Part shown: positions 58,162-64,000 of the stretch, one piece after another | Layout: the number at the start of each line of letters is the position of its first letter | Position numbering within the stretch: position 1 is the first letter of the stretch | Origin: Vulcanimicrobiota bacterium | GTDB taxonomy: Bacteria > Vulcanimicrobiota > Vulcanimicrobiia > Vulcanimicrobiales > Vulcanimicrobiaceae | Direction of reading: 5' to 3' | Assembly: GCA_963733295.1 (NCBI GenBank) | Contig: CAVTCS010000003.1 | Coordinates: forward strand, 832,001-896,000 | Length of the DNA stretch: 64,000 nt | Notes under the pieces: generated by a model | Told to the model about the DNA's origin: nothing | Database searches by the model: none | Seen by the model: only the letters and a program-made list of their open reading frames with translations | Position numbers and translations under genes: made by a program

Positions 58162-58992
58162 TTGAAGGTCGAGCGCCGTTCGCAATACGTCATTGCGGGC
58201 ACCGCATATTCGCGCGAAGAGGTCATCCATCGCTACATTCACTTGGTGAAGTACGTGGCGGGACGCATCTCTGTCAACTTGCCGCCGAACGTCGAACTGA
58301 ACGACCTGATCAACGACGGCGTCGTCGGGTTGATCGACGCGATCGAAAAGTACGACGACGAGCGCGGCGTCAAGTTCGAGACCTACGCCATCACCCGCAT
58401 CCATGGGGCGATTCTCGACGCTCTGCGGGCCTTGGACTGGGTCCCGCGCGCGGTCCGTCAAAAGGCCCGCGAACACGAGCGCGTGATGCACCAGCTCGAG
58501 ACCGAACTCGGTCGCCAGCCTACCGACGACGAGCTGGCCGAACGCATGGGTCTCTCGCGGCGCGAGCTCGATGCGCTGCACCAGCGCATCCGCGGAACCT
58601 CGGTCCTTTCGCTCGAGGAGCACCTTCCGAGCGACCGCGGGGGCGACATTCCGCTGATGGACACGATCAAAGGCGAGGACGGCGATTTGGGCGCCTCCGT
58701 CGAGCAGCGTGAGATCGTGCAGGCGCTCAGCGCCGCCGTCGAAGAGCTGCCGCCGCAAGAATGCACGGTCATCAAGCTCTACTATTTCGAGGGCCAGACG
58801 CTCAAGGAGATCAAGGCGACGCTGGGCGTTTCCGAATCGCGCGTTTCGCAAATCCATGCGCAGGCGGTGATCCGGTTGCGCGGTAAGCTGCGAGTGATGA
58901 GGGGCGATCTGGGCTTCCGGGAAAACGATCCGACGATCAAGCAAAAGTACGTTCGCAAACCGACGGCGCCCGAGGTCGAGGCCGCCGGCTGA
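58162..58992 (+). CDS. FliA/WhiG (sigma-28) family RNA polymerase sigma factor
   Basis: GLIDAIEKYD, FETYA, GAILDALRALDWVPR, LGVSESRVSQIH; TTG start after GAGG SD. Confidence 0.93.
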   Translation: MKVERRSQYVIAGTAYSREEVIHRYIHLVKYVAGRISVNLPPNVELNDLINDGVVGLIDAIEKYDDERGVKFETYAITRIHGAILDALRALDWVPRAVRQKAREHERVMHQLETELGRQPTDDELAERMGLSRRELDALHQRIRGTSVLSLEEHLPSDRGGDIPLMDTIKGEDGDLGASVEQREIVQALSAAVEELPPQECTVIKLYYFEGQTLKEIKATLGVSESRVSQIHAQAVIRLRGKLRVMRGDLGFRENDPTIKQKYVRKPTAPEVEAAG

Positions 58993-59003
58993 ACGTTCGC
59001 CGC

Positions 59004-59612
59004 ATGCGCGGCTCGCACGAGCCGCCGCTCTTCTCCGAGCTCGTTCGCGACGACGTGCTCTGCGGCGAACGGATCGTCGAGCGGGGCGGCGACGTTCGCT
59101 TATTCCGGCGCTGGCTCGCCGCTCGAGAAGCCGACGAGTTGCTCGCCTCGATTCGCGCCTCGACGATTTGGACGCAGGAACGGCGCAAGATGTACGACCG
59201 TTTCGTCGACGTGCCTCGCGAGCAAGCTTGGCGCGGCGACGACCGCGCTCTGCCTTGGAGCGAGGAGTTGCGTTCGGTGCGCGTTCGGCTCGAAGAGCTG
59301 CTCGGCGCGAGCTTCGCGTTCGTACTTTTGAATCGTTACCGCAACGGGGCCGACAGCGTCGCGTGGCACAACGACCGCGAAGTCGCAGGGCTCGCGCACC
59401 CGGTCATCGCGTCGCTCTCGCTGGGAGCGACGCGCGCCTTCGATCTGCGTCCGAAAAGCGATCGCAAGCGAATCCTTTCGATCGATCTCGAACACGGCGA
59501 TCTGCTCGTAATGCAGGGCGACACGCAAATCAACTGGGAGCATCGCGTCGCAAAAGACCGCCGCGCCGGCGCCGAACGCATCAATCTCACTTTTCGTCAA
59601 CAACCGGAATAA
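59004..59612 (+). CDS. alkB: Alpha-ketoglutarate-dependent dioxygenase, AlkB family
   Basis: LNRYRNG, WHND (HxD), SLSLG, WEHRV, RINLTFR. Confidence 0.9.
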   Translation: MRGSHEPPLFSELVRDDVLCGERIVERGGDVRLFRRWLAAREADELLASIRASTIWTQERRKMYDRFVDVPREQAWRGDDRALPWSEELRSVRVRLEELLGASFAFVLLNRYRNGADSVAWHNDREVAGLAHPVIASLSLGATRAFDLRPKSDRKRILSIDLEHGDLLVMQGDTQINWEHRVAKDRRAGAERINLTFRQQPE

Positions 59613-59623
59613 CAGCCGCTTTT

Positions 59624-59706
59624 CTGAGAGCGCGATGAAGCGCGGATGAGACCTGCGCCGTTCTCAGGTCGCTCTCATGAAACTGCGCTACGCCGCCGCG
59701 TATGCT
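59624..59706 (+). promoter_or_regulatory. Array of 11-bp-phased TCTCAG-like half-sites plus TATGCT -10 upstream of the lipoprotein gene
   Basis: ctgaga 59624, atgaag 59635, atgaga 59646 (reverse); tctcag 59662, tctcat 59673 (forward). Confidence 0.45.
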
Positions 59707-59776
59707 CGTTCCGGGAAGCGCTCCTGCGAGGTGCTTTCCGAATTGCAAAACGCTTCGGCAAGGAAGGTATGACGCG

Positions 59777-60865
59777 ATGCGAACACCATTCACGTTCGCG
59801 CTCTTGACTGCATTCGCGCTCGCGGGATGCAGCGGCGGCGGCGGCTCCGGCTCCGGAAATCCCGGCGTTCCCTCGAATCCCAACCCCGGCGGCTCGACGG
59901 CGTCGTCGCAAGACGTGGCGCAATCCGGCATGCTGGCAGCGAGCGATCCAATCGAACAAGGCAGCCTCGAAAGCGACATCACGAACGGTTCGCTTTCTGC
60001 GGGTGGCGCGAGCGCTCGCATGCGCGCCAACGTTGCGAACGGTGCCTGCAACAACGGCGTCGAGCGGACGGTCACGGTGATCAGTCCGAACGAAACGAAG
60101 TACGACGTCAAGTTCTTCTACGATGCCGCTTGCACGGAACTCGCGCGCGAGGTGCAAAGCGACGTCGTGACGAGCGCCTCGGGCGAAACCGTGATTCGCA
60201 ATGCAGCGAACTACAACTTGGGCGGCACGCTGCTCACGACGCGCGTGACGAATTACGCGATCACCGGAATGCCGGCGTCGGGCAACTTCACCCAGTTCCT
60301 GACGAGCGCTCTCACCGTCGGAAACTCGGGGAATCCGGCCGCGCAGATCGCCCGCACCGATACCTTCGAGACTTCAACTCCCGGCAACGGGACGGTCAGC
60401 GGGAGCTCGGGCCGCGTCGTCAATCCGGCCGGCTTGGCGTCGTCCTACGGTCACAACGCCGCCCTGAGCGGCGTGACCTGGAGCGTCGATGGATCGGGCA
60501 ACGTGACCTTTGCCGGCGAGCGCGACGGCGAGCTGTTTCGGGGGCCGTTCTTAGGGCTCACGCTGGCCACCGCGGCGCCCTTTACCGTCTCGGGCGGGAC
60601 GCAGATCGGCGGCTCGACGATCACCGGCAGCGTCGTGTTCGACGTGAACGGCAACCTCACGTCGGTGAGCCTTACCGGGACGTTCATGCACGGCGATACG
60701 CTGAAGGTCACGAGTTCCGGTACGCCCTTGACGGTCAGCGGCACGATCTCGAGCCCGAGTGGGGCCATCGTCGCGACCTTCACGACCGACCAGTACGGCG
60801 ACGGCATCATTACCTACGCCAACGGGAGCCAGGGCCTGATCCTGGACTGGCACGTCGTTCGCTAG
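59777..60865 (+). CDS. Lipoprotein, hypothetical (Ser/Thr/Gly-rich, beta-rich)
   Basis: Lipobox LAGC after hydrophobic signal; Gly/Ser linker. Confidence 0.8.
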   Translation: MRTPFTFALLTAFALAGCSGGGGSGSGNPGVPSNPNPGGSTASSQDVAQSGMLAASDPIEQGSLESDITNGSLSAGGASARMRANVANGACNNGVERTVTVISPNETKYDVKFFYDAACTELAREVQSDVVTSASGETVIRNAANYNLGGTLLTTRVTNYAITGMPASGNFTQFLTSALTVGNSGNPAAQIARTDTFETSTPGNGTVSGSSGRVVNPAGLASSYGHNAALSGVTWSVDGSGNVTFAGERDGELFRGPFLGLTLATAAPFTVSGGTQIGGSTITGSVVFDVNGNLTSVSLTGTFMHGDTLKVTSSGTPLTVSGTISSPSGAIVATFTTDQYGDGIITYANGSQGLILDWHVVR

Positions 60866-60875
60866 GGATCGAAGC

Positions 60876-60897
60876 GGCCGCCGGTTCGCCGGCGGCC
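60876..60897 (+). terminator. Stem-loop after the lipoprotein gene
   Basis: GGCCGCCGG-TTCG-CCGGCGGCC; weak U-tract. Confidence 0.5.
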
Positions 60898-60959
60898 CGT
60901 TCGCCTTCGCCTCGGAATCGAACAGGAGTTCGATTGCTTGAGGCGAAGCCATTTCTCCC

Positions 60960-61874
60960 GTGAGCTGGTTGGCGAAACTCCGCAACGCCCTTGGCCGGTC
61001 GCGCGAGTCGCTAGCGGGCGTCGAGACGCTCGCGCAAGCACGCCGTCCGCTCGATGACAGCTTCTGGAACGAACTCGAAGAGCTGCTGATCGCAGCCGAC
61101 TTCGGGGTCCCGACGACCGAAAAGATCATGGGCGGCTTGCACATCGTCGCACTTCAGGAGCTGTGGCGCCGCAGCGATGAGGCGGTAGCGCGTTTCAAGG
61201 TGGACGTGCAACGCTTCCTGACGCTTCCCGGGGCCGGCCTTTCGCTCCACTCGAAACCCGCGGTGGTCTTGATCGTCGGCGTTAACGGGAGCGGTAAGAC
61301 GACCACGATCGGTAAGCTCGCGAAGCTCTTGTCGGCCGAAGGCAAACGCGTGATGGTCGTTGCGGCGGACACCTTTCGTGCTGCCGCCGCGGAACAACTC
61401 GCCGTTTGGGCAGGCCGAGCCGGCGCGGAGTTCGTACGCGGACCCCAAGGAGCCGATCCTTCGTCAGTCGTTCACGACGGTCTCTCTGCGGCGAAAGCGC
61501 GCGGGCTCGACGTCGTCTTGATCGACACCGCCGGCAGGCTTCAAACGAAGAGCAACTTGATGGAAGAACTCAAAAAGATGCGGCGCGTGATCGAGCGCGA
61601 GTGCGGCACGGCGCCGGACGAAACGCTGCTCGTCGTCGACGGGACGACGGGACAGAACGCGGTCTCGCAAGCGAAGCTGTTCAACGACGCGACCAAATTG
61701 ACGGGAGTCGTCGTCACCAAACTCGACTCGACTGCCAAAGGCGGCGTTCTCGTCGCGATCGTCGACACGCTGGAGATTCCGATCAAGTTCGTCGGCATCG
61801 GCGAAGCGATCGATGAGTTGAAACCCTTCGATCCGGCCGCCTTCACCAGCGCTCTGTTCGACTCGGCCGCATGA
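60960..61874 (+). CDS. ftsY: Signal recognition particle receptor FtsY
   Basis: GVNGSGKTTT, DTFRAAA, DTAGR, TKLD, AKGG. Confidence 0.97.
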   Translation: MSWLAKLRNALGRSRESLAGVETLAQARRPLDDSFWNELEELLIAADFGVPTTEKIMGGLHIVALQELWRRSDEAVARFKVDVQRFLTLPGAGLSLHSKPAVVLIVGVNGSGKTTTIGKLAKLLSAEGKRVMVVAADTFRAAAAEQLAVWAGRAGAEFVRGPQGADPSSVVHDGLSAAKARGLDVVLIDTAGRLQTKSNLMEELKKMRRVIERECGTAPDETLLVVDGTTGQNAVSQAKLFNDATKLTGVVVTKLDSTAKGGVLVAIVDTLEIPIKFVGIGEAIDELKPFDPAAFTSALFDSAA

Positions 61875-61889
61875 AACGCGCAATCCAAA

Positions 61890-61907
61890 GTGCCACACAG
61901 GTGGCAC
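61890..61907. promoter_or_regulatory. Perfect palindrome in the recA promoter region (candidate operator)
   Basis: GTGCCAC-acag-GTGGCAC, 10 nt upstream of TATCAT (61918-61923). Confidence 0.5.
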
Positions 61908-61963
61908 ATGCCCGGCCTATCATCGCCGCACGCACCACCCCGACGGAGGCCTCGTAGAATTTC

Positions 61964-63025
61964 ATGGCTCAAGATGAGAAGACGATTGCCCTGAACAACG
62001 CGCTCGCACAAATCGAGCGGCAGTTCGGCAAGGGCGCCATCATGAAGATGGGCGATCTGACGGAACGGATGGCCTACGACGTCATCTCGACCGGTTCGAT
62101 CGCGCTGGACCTCGCACTCGGCGTCGGGGGATTGCCGCGCGGCCGCGTCGTTGAGATCTACGGTCCCGAATCGAGCGGTAAGACGACGCTGGCGTTGCAC
62201 GTCATCGCCGAAGCGCAGCGCGCCGGCGGTACGGCGGCTTTCGTCGACGTCGAACATGCGCTCGACCCCGGTTACGCTTCGGCCCTCGGCGTCGATCTCG
62301 ACTCGCTGCTGGTTTCGCAGCCCGATACCGGCGAACAGGCCCTCGATATCGCGGAGATGCTGGTGCGCAGTAACGCGGTCGACGTCGTTGTCGTCGACTC
62401 GGTCGCGGCGCTCGTGACCAAAGCCGAACTCGAAGGCGACATGGGCGACGCGCACGTCGGCCTCCAGGCACGGCTGATGTCGCAGGCTCTGCGCAAACTT
62501 ACCGCTGCGATCTCGCGCTCGAAGTGCGTGATGATCTTCATCAACCAGCTGCGAGAAAAAGTCGGCGTCATGTTCGGTAGTCCCGAGACGACGTCGGGTG
62601 GCCGCGCGCTGAAGTTCTACGCGTCGGTGCGCTTGGACGTACGAAAGCTCGAACAGATCAAGGTCGGCCAGGAAGTCGTCGGAACGCGCACGCGCGTCAA
62701 AGTGGTCAAGAACAAGGTCGCGCCGCCGTTCCGCCAAGCGGAGTTCGATATTACCTACGGCAAGGGAATCTCAAAGATGGGTTCCATTCTCGATGTCGCT
62801 CTCGAGCGCAATATCGTCGGGAAGAGCGGCTCGTGGTATACCTACGGCGATATCCGCATCGGTCAGGGTCGTGAGAACTCCAAGGCGTATCTCGAGGAAC
62901 ACTCGGATCTCGCCGACGAGTTATCGGCGAAGATTCGCGAGGCGCTCAAAGCGACGGTTTCGACGAACGGAAGCGTTGCGGTGCTGGCCGCGACGACCTC
63001 CCAGGCCGCCGGCGACGAGGAATAG
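61964..63025 (+). CDS. recA: Recombinase A
   Basis: [45 protein letters not shown]. Confidence 0.99.
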   Translation: MAQDEKTIALNNALAQIERQFGKGAIMKMGDLTERMAYDVISTGSIALDLALGVGGLPRGRVVEIYGPESSGKTTLALHVIAEAQRAGGTAAFVDVEHALDPGYASALGVDLDSLLVSQPDTGEQALDIAEMLVRSNAVDVVVVDSVAALVTKAELEGDMGDAHVGLQARLMSQALRKLTAAISRSKCVMIFINQLREKVGVMFGSPETTSGGRALKFYASVRLDVRKLEQIKVGQEVVGTRTRVKVVKNKVAPPFRQAEFDITYGKGISKMGSILDVALERNIVGKSGSWYTYGDIRIGQGRENSKAYLEEHSDLADELSAKIREALKATVSTNGSVAVLAATTSQAAGDEE

Positions 63026-63509
63026 CGCCCCGCCCCGTGCGCCGGCGCGCCTCGCCGCCCTGCGCATGCTGGCACAGCGGCGTCTGACCGAAGCCCAGCT
63101 CTTTGCGGGTCTCTTGCGCAAAGGCTACGACGCCGAGAGCGTCGCCGCGACGATCGAACGGTGCAAGGCGGAGGGCTACGTCGACGACCGGCTCTTCGCC
63201 AAGCTGTTCGTAGAAGGCCGCATCAGGGCGCTGGGCAATGCGCGCCTGGTCGCCGAACTCGTGACTCGGGGAATCGCGCGCGAGGCCGCCCTCGAGAGCG
63301 TCACGACGACCGATCGGGGTGAAGAGGTGCGCCTCGCTCAGGCTATCGACAAGCTGTTCCGTACGCGGCCCCAACTCAGCTATCCAAGCGCGGCTCGCGC
63401 GCTCGAACGGCTGGGCTTTCCGGCGGCGGCAATCTATCGCCGGCTGCGCCATCACGTTATCGCCAATGGTGATCTCTTGGCCGAGGATTACGGTCGCAAG
63501 CAAGCGTAG
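62976..63509 (+). CDS. recX: Regulatory protein RecX
   Basis: [16 protein letters not shown]...[18 protein letters not shown]; follows recA; start uncertain (TTG 62976 or ATG 63066). Confidence 0.85.
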   Translation: MRCWPRRPPRPPATRNSAPPRAPARLAALRMLAQRRLTEAQLFAGLLRKGYDAESVAATIERCKAEGYVDDRLFAKLFVEGRIRALGNARLVAELVTRGIAREAALESVTTTDRGEEVRLAQAIDKLFRTRPQLSYPSAARALERLGFPAAAIYRRLRHHVIANGDLLAEDYGRKQA

Positions 63510-63517
63510 TGTCGTGC

Positions 63518-64000
63518 ATGCGGTCTCTCGTCGCGGCGCTTATCGCAGCGACCGTTCTGGTCTGCGCGATGTTGCCGGGGAACGCCGTCGAACTCGAGAC
63601 GATCGCGCGCGCAGCCTCCGAATATCACAATCCGAACGCGCGCCTGGAAGAGATGTACCGGGCGGCGCTGATCAACACGAGCCGGCAGGCCGTCTTTGCA
63701 CCGGACGGGACCGCCTACGTCAAAACCGGCGACATTCCGGCGGAATGGCTGCGGGATGCCAGCGCTCAGGTCCGTCCGTATCTGTTCTTCGCGAAGACCG
63801 ACCCGCAGGTCGCGGCCCTGCTGCGCGGCATCATCGCGCGCGAGGGCAAGTACCTGCAGATCGATCCCTACGCGAACGCCTTCACCCTCGACTACCGGGT
63901 CTGGGAAGAGAAGTTCGAGCTCGACTCCCTCTGCTATCCGATCGTGCTGGCGTGGTCGTATTGGAAGGCGACCGGCGACACCTCGATTTTCACCGGCGAC
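63518..64000 (+). CDS. Glycoside hydrolase family 125 (exo-alpha-1,6-mannosidase-like), partial
   Basis: Signal peptide; TGDIPAEWLRD, DPYANAF, WEEKFELDSL. Confidence 0.88.
   Translation, partial: MRSLVAALIAATVLVCAMLPGNAVELETIARAASEYHNPNARLEEMYRAALINTSRQAVFAPDGTAYVKTGDIPAEWLRDASAQVRPYLFFAKTDPQVAALLRGIIAREGKYLQIDPYANAFTLDYRVWEEKFELDSLCYPIVLAWSYWKATGDTSIFTGD

Noticed and set aside
61878..61912. TGGCAC as a sigma-54 promoter
   Set aside because: Required GG-N10-GC spacing is not met on either strand

Overview
High-GC bacterial chromosomal core region with no CRISPR array, rRNA, intact integrase or transposase. Contents in order: a pentose-phosphate operon (tkt, tal-pgi fusion, zwf, partial opcA); dapD plus an aminotransferase; ftcD and radA; cmk-plsC-ispH-prenyltransferase-double GT-C glycosyltransferase-yebC-PASTA protein-rpe-thiL; rpmB; plsX-hemW-yacL-ispD-ispF-[GluRS anticodon domain only]-cysE-cysS-rlmB-sigH; a ~15 kb accessory stretch interleaved with five tRNAs (peptide-binding lipoprotein, secreted hypotheticals, BNR propeller plus MoaD-like protein, Flp pilin with a structured leader, malate synthase, GT87, an orphan DUF692/MNIO enzyme, S9 peptidase plus AraC); rpmG-tRNA-Trp-secE-nusG; two frameshifted genes; rplKAJL; hppA; a GGR-family reductase, oppB, a FliA/WhiG sigma factor, alkB, a lipoprotein, ftsY, recA, recX and a partial GH125. 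Gene order is strikingly Bacillota-like, but composition and hypothetical-protein families suggest a different Terrabacteria lineage, most likely Eremiobacterota/Vulcanimicrobiota (inference, not verified). Most notable: a free-standing GluRS anticodon-binding domain at the gltX position; a kinase-less PrkC ectodomain at the prkC position; a Spo0H/SigH-type sigma factor with a recurring [AG]GGA-N17/18-G[AT]A motif before many housekeeping genes; an orphan MNIO fusion enzyme; a candidate riboswitch before flp; and a palindrome in the recA promoter. All family assignments are by eye from motifs; no searches were run.
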